DNA of 64,000 nt, taken from Fistulifera solaris. Lineage: Eukaryota. Position numbers and translations under genes: made by a program. The notes below the pieces were generated by a model. That model saw nothing but the letters and a program-made list of their open reading frames with translations. It made no database searches and was not told the origin of the DNA. Location of the stretch: NCBI GenBank assembly GCA_030295235.1, contig AP026141.1, forward strand, positions 62,001-126,000. The letters run 5' to 3'. Positions within the stretch are counted from its first letter, which is position 1; every line of letters starts with the position of its first letter. Of the stretch, positions 24,166-38,214 are shown piece by piece.

Positions 24166-26203
24166 ATGAGGGGAAAACGAATTAAGGAACATACATTGTT
24201 CCTTGTCGGTTGTATAATTAGTCTACAAATGGCATGGGCGTTTCATCTGTCATCCTTTCGACTGCAACGGGAGTCGTCTCATCTGCACTATAGTCTAGGG
24301 ATGCAGCCTTACATACCAACAAAAGATCAAAAGGCTGCGACGAATCATCACAACAAAAATGCTACTAAATTCTTTCAGAACGAATTTCCTCGCTTTGTCA
24401 CCGCAGACAGTCTCCGAGAATCCTCCTCCGAAACGCACAATACATCCTTGACGACTCCCTTTGAGACGAAGGAAACCGCTGAGCTCCATCGCAATGAAAC
24501 TCATAACAAGGAACAGTTAAAATCCACGAGCAAATCCAATATTCCGAAGAACTACGAATGGCCTGATCCAAATCGTATGTTATCCTCTTTCAATCTGCAA
24601 CGAAAGAATGAAACGAAGAAAAATGAAGACACGAATGCATTGAAAGAACTTCTTCCTGTCGGCGAGCTACTTCCTTTGGATGGACAGGAAGTACTGAATA
24701 AACTGACGGGCTTCGTTTCCTCGTTCAACAACAGCTCCAATCTATCATCTGCTGATGCTTTGCTTTCTCTTCTACCGCCGAAAGAAGACGAAATCGAGGA
24801 TGCTTTTGTTAAGGCGAGTGATGCTTTGGAGAAAATCACGGTTGATTCGAAAAAGCGTGCACCCAACCATGAAACGCAATCTGCATTGCCGAAAATAGTG
24901 AACGACAAGAATGCCGAGAACTACGTTACAGTCAAAGATTTACAGTCCATACTGACGGAAATACTGGAACAACAAAAGCTGCAATATCAGCAACAAGAGC
25001 AAAGAAGGTCACCGGAGACAGCGTGGGTACCCACGAAGACTTCACGCGGTCTTATTGAACAATCTACTATCAAAGGTCCGTCTTCTACTTCGACAACTCC
25101 TACTTCGGGCGTTGCTTTCCCACAGCCCTCGAAACTGGACTTAAATGCATTGAAGAAGGGTAACTCAGTTGCGGGTTTACTGTTGGGAATGATACTGGGC
25201 ATATCGATTTTACCGAACTTGTGGTTGTTTGGTTCGATCGTCGGTGCTGTCTATGGATACAACATTACTCCCCTCGATGAGCTGAACGTCGCTTCACGTA
25301 TCGTGACGCAGCTTGGTCGTAAAATTGCACGAGCTTCGCTGTCAGTTTACGATTCAGCTAACACCCTCTTTTCATGTACAAGACGGGCCAACTGTCGTAC
25401 GAGTATTACCAGCGGTACGCCGCTCTCGATCAAAAGTTCGCGATTCAGGACAAGATTGATGCATTCAATGCTCGATTTGCGGAAGGAAAGGTGAAATTCG
25501 ACAAATGGGAGAAAGAAAACGAAGTAGGACGCCGCGTACTGGCTGGTATGCGAACGCTTTGGTTGGTAGAAGAACAAAGTCGCAAAAGAACAGCCGAATA
25601 TGGCGTCGGGGGTCACGATATCGTGTCGTACAACTCTTTTATGATGCCGCTTATCTTTTGGGACGTGTGCTGGGAAATATTTGGAAGACTCTTACAGGAA
25701 AAGGTGGATCCGAGGTGAAAGAGTTTCTTCGTGGAATTGCACGTTGGACCGACACGGAAGACGAATCCATCGGAGCGAGGTTGGGTGCTGCGCTGTGGGC
25801 AGCAGTGGCAGTGAGCTTGACGGGCGCCCTCTTTTCCCTTTCGCCATTATTGTTGACATTCATTGCACTGGGTTGTGGATATATTTGGCCGACATGGCCT
25901 TCTGAAGCCGCCGATGGTGTTACGGCATTCTGGAACGATCGTCGAAGTCGCGGACTGGATGTTACGGAAAGCAAGTTGATCAACATTCCGCCGCCGCCTC
26001 AGCTGTTCTCCTTCTTTTCCATTGGAAAAGCTAGTGGCGGCAAAAACAAGAACGTCATGCACAAGGACCGATACTATTTTTACAAGACACCTGATGGCAA
26101 GAGAAAGTACTACCGTGTAGGAGTTCCTTGGCCGTTTTGGAACATTGGAAATCGCCGCACAACAGAGAAAAAGCGGCGGAGAATGTTCTCTTCGAATGAT
26201 TAA
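24166..26203 (+). CDS. Hypothetical membrane protein, probably plastid-targeted (frameshifts ~25370 and ~25610)
   Basis: The signal peptide ends AWAF (ASAFAP-like). Two hydrophobic hairpins. Coding continues across three frames. Confidence 0.6.
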
Positions 26204-26712
26204 CACGGCAAGCAATGCAATGAAGTGGATCAATTGTCAATTGCTTTCATGAAAAAAGTGGCTGAATGAATTGTGATCGTCATCTCATGTCGAACCCAGT
26301 GTGGCGCCGCGAAATGTGCACTTATTTCCCAATGCGCGTGCACAACCTACAGTCAAGTATCGAGTGAAAGGGCGTAAACTCATTGGGACTTTATTTACAT
26401 TACTGTCATTCGTGACAAAAACGACGCGGTTGGTTCACGGCAGTAGATCAAACAGTACCCTCTGTACAATAGGGACATTTCATTCAGTACGTGGAAGTGA
26501 AATTTGCCACGAGTGCAGGATGCAGGAAGACGAAAGACGAAAACTCTTTGCCTCTCCCACTTCCTCTTTTGAAGTATTCATTCTGTCGTCTCGTCACAAC
26601 ATACCTTTCCTCTTATCCATTTTGTGCTTCATTTCCTCTTTTCCTTCGCACGTAAGACAAAGAAGGTGTTGCGACTGGAGAGAGAAATAGCAGCTAGACC
26701 GCAGCAGAAACG

Positions 26713-28016
26713 ATGCCCTTTCGTTTCTCTATTCCGTTGTTGAGCGCCATGCTTTCGACGTTTTGCTCCTTTGTCGCCTTTCGTCGAGCTACTTGGGACT
26801 CTACAACAATCCTTCCCTCTCCTCCATTTGCACTTGAGACACCTCTGATGCCTCTTCCATCCCCAATTCACAATAAAAACAATACACAACCCGTAACTCT
26901 CATTCGCTACCGACAAAGCGGTATGCCGTATTTTTACGAGAAGCAATGAGTCAAGGGAACATGTTGTGTCGTGATGTAGCCGAACAACAAAACAAGACAA
27001 GGGATACTTTGCCACAACCGCCTTCCTCACCGATACAGTACAGCTTACAACTCGAATGTCAGAAACTCTTTTATCAGAATTCATGGGGCACGGGGAATGT
27101 GTTACAAGCTTTGTACGGTTTGCGCCTCGCGGCCCGTGTTTTGGGGAATATTGAAGTAAGGATTCGTTGTAAAGACGCAGCAAGAACGAAATCCGATTTA
27201 GTTGTGCCTTGGATGGCGGGAACCTTTGTATCAAGGACAGGCATGGAAACTCCATCGTTGCCATTCTTGAATGAAACGTGCTTGCCCTTTTCTAACGCAC
27301 CGGTGCATTACCTGATGGACGAGATTCGATACGAATTACGACGCATGGCGATCGCGTTAGTCGGAGTACCTTATCCGACGCATCCTGCGGCTGACTTTGT
27401 TTTCGTACCGGAACGTGAACAAGAAATGCAAGTTCCCATGCCGGAGACTCCATTGCTACCCAACATTGAACTGGATGATGTAGCGATTCATTTTCGGTGC
27501 GGTGATATCGTCGAACTACAACCGCATCATGCGTATGGGTATGCTCGTTTCTCTTTCGTGGCGAACTATATATCCAGCGAAGCGCGGTCCATTGGTATTG
27601 TTACACAGCCCTTTCAAGGACAACAACAGCGTCGTATGGATGGTACGGAGCATACACGATGCCCGATACTCATTGGGGCCTTTCAGCAGTATTTGCAAGA
27701 TCGATTTCCAAACGCTACAGTGCAAATTCGTAATTCGTCGAATGAGACTGTCGCCTTGTCGTATGCACGCTTCATCATGGCGAATCAATCTTTAGCAGCC
27801 GGTATTTCTACGTTTGTCTATTTTCCTTTCATGGCAACGTTCGGTACGGGCTACCTTCAAAAGCCGTTGTACGTGGAAGAATCATTCGAAGAGCGTGTCA
27901 ATTCACAGTTTATTGAGTATTCCGATTTGATGAATTCTGTTGATATGTTCAGGCTATGGAAAGAAACAAATGGCCGAGAACAGATTACAAAATGGTTTAC
28001 GAATGAGGAATCATGA
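26713..28016 (+). CDS. Putative fucosyltransferase-like (GT-B) glycosyltransferase
   Basis: N-terminal anchor, GTGNVLQALYG, DVAIHFRCGD (HxRxGD motif of GT11/GT23-like enzymes) and AGISTF. Frame break near 26945. Confidence 0.6.
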
Positions 28017-28038
28017 TGCAAAGAGCTAATATATGTAC

Positions 28039-28685
28039 CTAGGCCAAGAAATATCTTCTACTCTAGCATTGGGAAATTGGTGGGAGGATTGGTCGTGAAT
28101 TATGATCACTAGCCGCCGGCTGCAGGCTATACATGGGCTGCAGGCTGCATGTTTTATATTTTACGGAGTAGAATAGAAAATCTAGTCTATAATAAAATAA
28201 AAAAGATAGATGCAGTCTCATGACCGAAATCCAGTCGTGAATTGGTAGAACCAACTGTTTGGATAATAGTAAAAACATGAAGCTATAATTTTGACAGCAT
28301 TGCCCGCTGAAATCGCAATTGCGCAAAATTCCAAGGTGAAAGCATATTTGGTACTAAATCTATTATTGTAATGAGACTATAATCAAACGCGAAAATGGAC
28401 AAAAATTTCGCGCTGCAGGCTGCATGCATGTTCAAAAGGATCGATCGATGCAGTCTCATCCAGTCGTGAATTGGTAGAACCAACTGTTTGGATCGTAGTA
28501 AAAACATAAAGATATAGATTTGACAGCATTGCCGGCTGAAATCGCAATTGCGCAAAATGCCAAGGTGAGAGCATAAATGGCTTTAGGTCTATTATTTTTA
28601 GTTTGTCGCTAGACCAAGGAATATCTTCTATTCTAGCATTGGGAAACTGATCGGAGAATTGGTCATGATTCCTGATCATGATCCC
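28039..28685. repeat. Local imperfect segmental duplications
   Basis: Block ccagtcgtgaattggtagaaccaactgtttggat occurs at 28231 and 28460 (offset 229). Block atatcttctaYtctagcattgggaaa occurs at 28051 and 28621. Confidence 0.85.
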
Positions 28686-29044
28686 AGCCCATCTACAATG
28701 AGCCTGAAACTTGATCTGCTCTAGCTTTGTGTACTTCATCGCCTTCAATTACAATGTGAATCTGCTTCTGCACTATTTACCATGCACGTATTGATGGTAA
28801 AGCCGATCAACGCTTGTGAATAGGTGTCGTTCGGGTTTACTGTAACTCAAAGTGCACACGACTGCACTTCAGGTTTCAATCACGGTTCTCATAACTGACT
28901 CATTTTCATTCCGACAAATATTTTCGAAACACATCATCGTGACATCGATCGGCTTTCTCATTATTTCGTTCTTATTACTACTTCAATAGGAAACCAGAGA
29001 CTCACAACATACAAATCAACCTTCCCGGCAACAGGTATCGAAGT

Positions 29045-30215
29045 ATGTGCAAGCTAACACCAATCGCATCGACAGAGACCAAGAAACCGGGCAAGACCCG
29101 TGGTGGACTGTCCAAAATGGCGGTGTATCTGAGTGCATCGTTCGCCATTGTAATAGCCGTCTTTCCCATGATCATTTCCGAAATGATTGGAGGCTGGACG
29201 GCCAAATACACTTCTCCTGTCTACTTTACTCCGAATAGCATCCCCGATTTGACTGGCAAAGTAGCCATTGTTACGGGTGCGAACACCGGGATCGGTTATC
29301 ACACGGCACTCGAATTGGCTCGAAAAAATGCCCAAGTCATTGTGGCTTCTCGAGATCCTACCAAAGGACAAGCAGCCGTCGCTCGTATTCAAGAAGCAAC
29401 TGATAATCGTGACGTACGCTTTCTACCGCTCGACTTGTCTTCGTTGGCTTCGGTTCGATCGTTCGCGCAGGCATTCCAAGCTTTGCAACTTCCTTTAAAT
29501 GTGCTCATTTTGAATGCGGGCATTATGAAATCTCCAGGGGCTCAGTTTATCGGTAAAAACATGACTCAAGGTTTTGAATTGACGCAAGATGGCTTTGAAG
29601 TGCACATTGGTGTCAACCATATTGGACATTTTTACTTGACGCAGCTTCTACGCGACTCGCTCATTGCGAGTGCACCGAGTCGCGTGGTTTCTGTCAGTAG
29701 TATTGCAGAACAAGGAGCGTATCAACCGGATGGTATTCGATTCGAGTTGTGGAAACCACTGAATGTGGAATATGCTGCAGCGATGGGTTACGAAGATGGA
29801 ATGGCCTATGGACAGTCGAAACTGGCGAATGCATTGTTTGCCAAGGAACTCGCCGAACAGCTGAAAGAGCACGGTGTTACGACATACTCCTGTCATCCAG
29901 GAGTCATTGTCAGTGAATTGACGCGCTATCTTGCCGCAAACATTGAAGAAGAAGCCATGCAAAAGTCATGGTGGAGTCGCATGCTTCTCCACGCTTTCGG
30001 CAAGTACTTTGAATTAGCTCAAATGAAAACGGCGGATGGTGCATTGACACAGTTGCATTTGGCCGTGTCAAACGTCACCGAGTTGTCAAACGGTGAATTC
30101 TATCATCCCATCGGTAGATTGATGGGCAATCCTACCCATGCGCAGGGCTCTAATGAAACATTGCAAAAGAGCTTTGGCGTGAAACAGAACGCATGATTCG
30201 AGAAACCGGATTCTA
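29045..30215 (+). CDS. Short-chain dehydrogenase/reductase (retinol dehydrogenase-like)
   Basis: TGANTGIG, LILNAG, NHIGHF, VSVSS, YGQSK and HPG motifs. The C-terminus probably reads LWRETERMIRETGF after a 1-nt shift near 30170. Confidence 0.9.
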
Positions 30216-30626
30216 GTCTTGTCCGGAAACACCTTGCAGATAAAGAGGAGGCTGAGAGAAAAAGTGTCCTCTCGGTAGGACGTGTCTTCAAAGTCAAATA
30301 TACGTTCTTATAGATTGAGGCGTAAAACACCGTGCCTTTGCAAATTTTTTCGGTTTACATTTTTAAACTTTATAAACCAAAGTTTGGCGGCAGAGTTGCC
30401 GCGGATAAGAACTCTTTCTATCATACCCCATCGATATTTTTTCCATTTCAATTTCAAACAACCATAGATGCGTTTTCGACCATTGCAGTCAATGCAGGCC
30501 GTTAACAATAAACCCACACCCTTCATTTGGGAAGTCAGGGATACGGTCGCGAGCGCCGCATGGGCTTCAATTCGCATGATGACCATAGAACAATGGCTCA
30601 ACATACAAATTCATCAATCATTTAGT

Positions 30627-33075
30627 TCACTTGAAAAGCACATCACGCACTTCAAAGACCATTCGTTCGACGAGCTGCCAGCTCCGATATTGATTCATAG
30701 CAATATCGTACCCAGTCTTGGCTATTGCAACTCGCTCATCTTCGTGTTCCAAGTAATACTGCACTTTTGTGACTAAATCATCGAGGCTGTGATAAACAAC
30801 GACCGACACATTGTGCTCAAGCTCGTTTGGTAAAGTCAACATTGGATCTGTCATGACCATCGCACCCGAGACGAGTGCTTCCATCAAACTGTTCTGGTCT
30901 TCCAAATTGTCCTTTTGGGATACCACAACAATCTTGCTTTCCGCTAATTTGCGCAGGTAGTCCGACTGAGCTGAATAACGAGCTGCTGGTTGAAAGTGGC
31001 CAGCTAGCCCCACAAATACCTCATGTGTCGGCGACAATTTCTCGTGAATAACTCTACTGACCGCATCTCGCAGTCTGTCGTTTCGAACATGAGATGTCCA
31101 GAAAGAAAAGAATATACGCGGAAGTCTCTGACGAGTGACTCGAATAAGTGACTGTTTTAACGGAAACATCTTGCTTCGGCCACTGTCTCCCGGCACCGGC
31201 CAGAAGTGAGATACATCCACAGGACGCTCAACTTCCCATATGCTTGCACCTTGCAAAATACTTTTGAGACCGGCCACTGTTTCCGAACGTACGCCACCCC
31301 CAATGTGTCGGACCGGACCACCAGAATGTTCCCTCCAGTTACCATACTTCATAGCTGACCCCGGGTCTACAAACTGCATCGTTTCATTCCACTGTCGCCC
31401 TTGCACCATCGATTTCTTGTAACGGAAAATGGTTGTACTGTCCAGCAATCGCGTGGCTCGATAGCAATCATAGAAATGGTCGATCGGTTCGTCATCCCAA
31501 TATACAAATATAACGATCCTTTTTCGGTCTCTCGCTGATTTTACGAGATTCACAAAACGATGGCAGTAACTCCCTGATGTCAAGCCGGCTCGTCGAACGT
31601 CGACGATCCAAACAGGTGCCGCAAAATGATCTTGTGTCAGCACCAATTGGGAAGAAGCTTGAATACCTTCATACAAAAATGCGTCAGACCATCTCCACTG
31701 GCCATATCCCAACAGGGGTATACATAGACGGCAATCGGCTGTTGTTGCGAAACCTGGGCGACCCATTTCGGTTCGTCAAAGACCCGCTGACCCTCTTGAC
31801 GAATCTGTTCGGCCGTGACATAGTGACAAAAATGCGCATTTGGAGGACATGATGTCTTGTAACGACACTCTCCCTCGACACCCAAACGATGCTGCACATT
31901 CAGCGGTCCTTTGACCGAGTGCGTTTCCGAAAGTCGATACGATGTGAAACGATTGTGTGCTTGCGGGTACTTGGGATCATCCATGGCATTCCCGACGTTG
32001 TAATAATTAAAGAAGTATCCCCAAACCCAGTCGCTGTGAACACAGAAAGACGATTCTTCCGTCCACGATGCGTGGTCGGCAAATCGATGCGTCGAAACGT
32101 ACGCGTGCATGAGATCTTTCAACGCCATGCGCTCTTCAAAGTATTGTCGTTCGCCATACGGATTTTGCTCCAGTCGATAGCAAGCATTTTGAATAAAGTC
32201 ATCATCACTGGGAGCAAGTGATGAAACATTGGCGCAGGAGATGGGCGTTAACAATCGCATCAAGGAGCCTTTCGAAAGAACCGTTCCGAATCCACCAAAG
32301 GGTATTGTAAAGCTTGTTAACGATCGCATTAAACATCCTGCCATAACCAACGGTTCACTAGAATTCAAATGTATCGTCTGCAAATAGTGCGTGAGTTGTG
32401 GCATATCGACAAAGGTATCGTCGTCCACCAATAACAGATAATCGGGCAGCGTCGTTTGCATCATTTGCTGCAACACAATCTGTAAACCATCGTTCGCACG
32501 CTTTTGCGCACACAGCCAACCACCCGGATTGTCTCGTTTCGACAAGAACGTGTTCCAGTCCGCGTACATACGACGCCAAAAGTACAGTTCCGAGAAGGGT
32601 TCTCGATCTTTGGGTGATAATTTCGGCACATGATGGCGATTGAATTGACAGTGCTCGGCGATGGCCTTGGCGTCGTGTCGACTGATAGAACATTGGGGTT
32701 CACTGTGATCATCGGCTTCCGTAACACCGGTAAACGAGCGCACGTAACGTCCCATCGTCTCACGTTGAGCCTGCAACAAGTCCGGACGTGATAATGACCC
32801 GATACTGAGAATATCAATGGTCAAATTGGGTACAGATGACCAGGAGGTGTTTTCTATTCGATAAATCGGTGTGCTGCTGTCGGCAAAAGCGGGATGACGA
32901 GCCAATTTGTCGTGTAAAAGAGTGCTTCACTAATTGCGAAGCCATCGGCCGATGATGCCGATGGTTTCACAATACAAGGTGCATTTAAAAATTGCAGTGC
33001 GACAGTTATTAACGCCAGTAATAAGCCTATTACTGTAAATTGTCGTTTATGTTTCCTCCAGTGACTGCGCTGCAT
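30627..33075 (-). CDS. Two-domain glycosyltransferase (GT-A Fringe/GT31-like plus C-terminal GT-B Glyco_trans_1_2-like), copy 1, frameshifted
   Basis: N-terminal TM, YLLLVDDDTF, GGFGTVLS and HSDW. The C-terminal part has LMEALVSGAMVMTD...YYLEHEDERVAIAKTG. Breaks near 32900 and 31710. Confidence 0.75.
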
Positions 33076-33984
33076 GGTGATTTATAAGAAGAAGACGATG
33101 ATAAGTGAATTAGTCGGAGTAATAGGCAATTGCGAACTGCGAAAATGGCATGGTCGAAATTTTGTTTCGTGAAAGTGAGTCGTTTTTTCTACTTCCGAGC
33201 GAGCTCAGAATGCTTTGCCCGTAGAGCTCTCGTAGAAAACCTACTGCCTGTACAAATCTACAGGGTTCGTCCGTATACGATGTCTTTTTTACCTTTACGT
33301 CACACGTCATGACGTCCGTGTCCGTCAATCGCCAACCGGTATTCAACTTATTGGTCAATGGTCAACGTCTTGGTCAACGGCTCACTCACTGGATCGAACC
33401 GTGTTATTTCCTTGGATCGGCCACGTACCGGTACACTAATCACGATACACGAACTCCCATTGAGCTAATTAACATTTTACACGTGGAAAGTGATTTTGTA
33501 CTCGCGTAATCGTATCGTTATTCAGCAAAGGTACGTAATCAACCGCGGAGTTGCACAGCGGGCGAGCTAGAGAGGGATAATACGAACATGAAGTAAATGG
33601 TGATACAAGTAGGTAGCAGAGATCATCTTTCATCCCTCACTTTTTTACCGGCTTCTCTGAGACTAACAATTGACTTGATCTAGAGAGACTGAAGCTTCAG
33701 TTAGCTAACGATCTCCGCTTTTCGCACATTCCTTGCTACACTTACCTAATTCTCCAATCATGAGCGTACTACCAAGTAAAATAACTGATAATACGCAATG
33801 AAATTCCTTCAATCTAAGTTTCATTCATACTCCATTTAAAGAACCTGACCTTTTGGGAACAGCGGAAGAATATCAGGTCGACTAGACAGTGCTATTAGAT
33901 TGGTCATTGTAGCCTGTTCATCAAATTGCTCCACATAGTATTCGCATTTCAGAAAGAACACACATCGATAGTCACGCCCCTCAT

Positions 33985-36356
33985 TCATTCGAATGCCACA
34001 CCGCGAACTTCAGACACCATTCGCTCTACCAGATGCCAGCTACGGTGATAATTCATAGCAATGTCATATCCCGCCTTGGCTACTGCAACACGCTCGTCTT
34101 CATGATCCAAGTAATACTGAGCTTTGGCCACCAGTTCGTCAAGGCTGTGATAGATGACAATCGAAATATTCTCCTGAAGTTTGTTTGGTAAAGTCAACAT
34201 TGAATCTGTCATTACCATCGCACCCGAGACAAGTGCCTCCATTAGTCGATAGTGATCTTCCCAATTATCCTTTTGGGACACTACGACAATCTTGCTTTGC
34301 AGCAATTTGTGCAAGTAGGCCGACTGAGCTGTGTTTCGTCCTGTTTCTTGAGCTTGACCAGTCACTCCCACAAATACCTCGTGTATCTGAGACAACTTGT
34401 CGTAAATAGCACTACTGACCGCATCTCTTAGCTGAGATGCCTTGCCTCTAAGTACCTCCTTATCACCTTTCCCTGGCAACGGCCAAAAATGAGATACATC
34501 GACCGAACGCTCAATTTCCCATATGCTTGCACCGTTCAAAATGCTTTCGACACCATCCACCGTATCCGACCGCACTCCATAGCCAATGTGTCGAACTGGG
34601 CCGCCGGAATGATCTCTCCAGTTCCCAAAAGCAATGATCGACCCAGGTTCTGTAAATTGCAGCGTTTCATTCCATTGTCGCCCTTTTACAATGGACCTCT
34701 TGTATCGATACACGGTGGTACTATCCAATACTCGTGTGGCTCGATAACAATCCCAGAAATGGTCAATCGGTTCGTCGTCCCAGTAGACCAAAATCACGAT
34801 GCGTTTCTGACCATTTACAGATCGCGCAAGTTGCACGAAGCGATTGCAAAAGTTCTTTGAAGAGAAGCCAGCTCGACGCACGTCGACGATCCAAACAGGT
34901 GCATTGGCATGATCTTTTGTGAGCGTCAGACGAGAAGATTGTTGAATTCCATCATATAAAAAATGCTTTAGCTCGTGTTCGATAGTGTGGTTCAAAAATG
35001 GATATAAAAAGATGGGAATAGGTTGTTGTGAATCATGCGTAACCCATTTCGGTTCTTCAAAGACTCGTTGCCCTCCTTCACGAATTTGTTTGGCCGTCAC
35101 GTAGTGGCACATATGCGCTTCCGGGGGACAGGTTTTGGTGTAGCGACATTGTCCCTCAATAGCCATACGTTGCTGGATATTGAGCCCCCATTTCATAGCG
35201 TACTGTTCCGACAATCGATAGGACGTCATTTTGTTGTAAGATTCTGGATGTTTCGGATGATTGAGGGCGTCACCGACATTGTAATAGTTGAAAAAGTAGC
35301 CCCACACCCAGTCGCTATGGACGCAATACGATGATTCTTTGGTCCACGATGCGTGGTCGGCAAATCGATGAGTCGAAACGTAGGCGTGCATGAACTCCGT
35401 CAACGACATGCCCTCCTGAAAATATTGCCGTTCGCCGAATAGATTCTGTTGCAGTCGATAACATGCATTCTGAATGAAACCGTCATCACTGGGAGCGAGT
35501 GCTGTAACATTGGCACAAGATATAGGTGTGAACAATCTCATCAAGGCACCTTTGGATAAAAATGTTCCAAATCCGCCAAACGGAATCGAAAAACTCTCTC
35601 GAAATCGTATCAAACACCCCGCCATGACCAAAGGTTTGCTGGAATCCGGGTGTATTGTTTGCAAATAATACGTAAGTTGCGGTATGTCGATAAACGTATC
35701 ATCGTCAATCAAAAGCAGATAATCGGGCAGCGTCGTTTGCATCATTTGCTGCAACACAATCTGTAAACCATCGTTCGCACGCTTTTGCGCACACAGCCAA
35801 CCACCCGGATTCTCTCGTTTCGACAAAAAGCCAGTCCATTGCGCATACACTTGTCTTCGTAAATACAAAACAGAATACGGCTGATCCAGTGAGGGCGGAT
35901 CCGATCCTTTCTTATCGCGCGGAATTTTACAACGTTCCGCAATTGCTTGAGCATCTTGCCTGGAAAGAGAGCAATGCGGTTCACTGTGATCGTCGGCTTC
36001 GGTAACACCGGTAAAGAGCGCACGTAACGTCCCATCGTCTCTCGTTGGGCTTGCAAGTTCTCGGGACGCGATAATGACCCGATGCTCAATATATCAATCG
36101 TCAAATTCGATGAAAATGACGACAGAGAAAGCGAAGCAGCATTTGCAAGAGACAGGGATGAGTTTCTGACTGCAATAGGTAACAGATGAGCCATTCTTTC
36201 CTCAGGAAACGCAAAGCTTGCGTCGTGTGTTGTCGCTGGAAGCCTCGGCGTCACGCGAGAAGCATACCAAAATTGCAGTCCGATCGATATCGCCATGACC
36301 GTCGGTAACAAACCTGCCGCCATCCAACTTTGTCTCCTACCTTTGCAGAGCTTCAT
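33985..36356 (-). CDS. Two-domain glycosyltransferase, copy 2 (tandem paralog)
   Basis: Same motifs (LLLIDDDTF, RLMEALVSGA). Both domains lie in one 627-aa ORF. The N-terminal part is frameshifted near 36015. Long nucleotide identity to copy 1. Confidence 0.8.
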
Positions 36357-36790
36357 GATGATGAAAAGAAAAGGGAGAACGAAGACATCCTTTGTTACTT
36401 GTTATGATAATCAGAAATTACGACGATTGATCGATTTATGAGGGTTTGTGCGGTAAAAACTCCGGGGAAGAGAAGAATGACCGCACAAGAGACAAGAGTG
36501 ATCACACGTAACACAATCCTAAATATTTATTCCTAATTTCTTAAAGTTCGAATGCATTTTTTACATTCAACGGAATTTTCCACTGTTTTTTTCTCTTTTG
36601 TCACAAATAATCCGATTTCGACCTGGCACTTTGCTGAGTAAGTTCTAGTGATTGAATACAGTACATCAATCGTGGAAAAGGTAAAATACACTCTGATACT
36701 ATAGTCTCCCTGAACCAACACTTTGAGGCCATAGTAAATACAGAAGACAACCAGTCGGATTCTTTTCGACGTAAACTGTAATGACGTGTA

Positions 36791-37581
36791 CCATTCTAGT
36801 CAAATGAAAATGCGAGTACTGTAAAATGTATAGGACACGTTCTCTATATATTAAAGTGTTGTTTTACGACAGAATTCGTATACCGTATCAAAATCGACCG
36901 ATTTTTTCCTCCTCTGCACCACGATGACATTGCGGTAAAATCATGATCTTTCGACGATGCACATTGGAGGTTTTTTCTGGTGGAATGCTCCACTATCTCA
37001 TCTTTCATACAAATAGAAGCATCTTGATGGATTGAAGGAAGAGTGGAGCATTCGGTCGGGAAAAGTGCGGAGATTTATTATCAACTGAGGAGGGCAGAAA
37101 AGATTCCTTCCGACACTACGATTTTAGCCTTCGAAGCCAAAATGAAGGTTTTCCTCAGTAATTCTTTCATCGATAGGTATCTTTTATAGTCGTTTACATT
37201 AACTTTAAGTTCTGTTATGAGAGATGTACTTCACGAATTTTTCTTGCCTTAAATGAATGTCGAAGCTCATGTTTCGCGCGACCAAACAGAACTCCAAAAA
37301 CTCGGCACACTCTTGTTCTCCTTGTGAACTTTTGCGCCATTCTACCAACCTGCTCTCGCTTGCTTGAATGGTGTAAAACTTCATAAGCAGCTCCGCAAAC
37401 GCCTCCAATGTGCATCGTCGAAAGATCATGATTTTACCGCAATGTCATCGTGGTGCAGAGGAGGAAAAAATCGGTCGATTTTGATACGGTATACGAATTC
37501 TGTCGTAAAACAACACTTTAATATATAGAGGACGTGTCCTATACATTTTACAGTACTCGCATTTTCATTTGACTCGAATGG
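36791..37581. mobile_element. 791-bp non-autonomous DNA transposon (MITE) with 180-bp TIRs and TA TSD (Tc1/mariner-like)
   Basis: 36791-36970 is the reverse complement of 37402-37581 with 2 mismatches that I could see. TA lies at 36789-90 and 37582-83, and the flanks rejoin into one unit of the 226-bp repeat. Confidence 0.92.
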
Positions 37582-38214
37582 TAAGGCAAACGCTGCTAAC
37601 GCCTATTTCAATGCAACAACGACAGTTGGAGCTTGCGAAGACCGGAGACCGAACGAACTGTAGGTAACAATTGTCACTCGAAAGAATATTGATTCATGAC
37701 CGAATTGCAGTCGTGCTTGTCATTCGAAAGAATATTGATTCATGACTCATGACCGAATTGCAGTCGTGGTCTCCGTAAACCAACACTTTGGGGCCATAGT
37801 AAATACGGAAGACACCGTTTCGCACCGCTCTTTGACGTAAAATATAATGACATGTAATACCGACGCTGCCAAAACCTATTTCATTGCAACGACGACAGTT
37901 GGAGTTCAAGAAAATGGATGAACGAACGAGTCGTAGGCAACATTGTCACTCGAAAGAATATTGATTCATGACTCATGACCGAATTGCAGTCGTGGTCTCC
38001 GTAAACCAACACTTTGGGGCCATAGTAAATACGGAAGACACCGTTTCGCACCGCTCTTTGACGTAAAATATAATGACATGTAATACCGACGCTGCCAAAA
38101 CCTATTTCATTGCAACAACGACAGTTGGAGTCAAAGAAAATGGATGAACGAACGAGTCGGAGGCACCGAATTGCAGTCGTGGCGAAATACGGACAACACT
38201 TTGGTGAATATGGA

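Noticed and set aside
37205..37429. Transposase ORF inside the MITE
   Set aside because: Only 74 aa, with no recognisable HTH or DDE motif.
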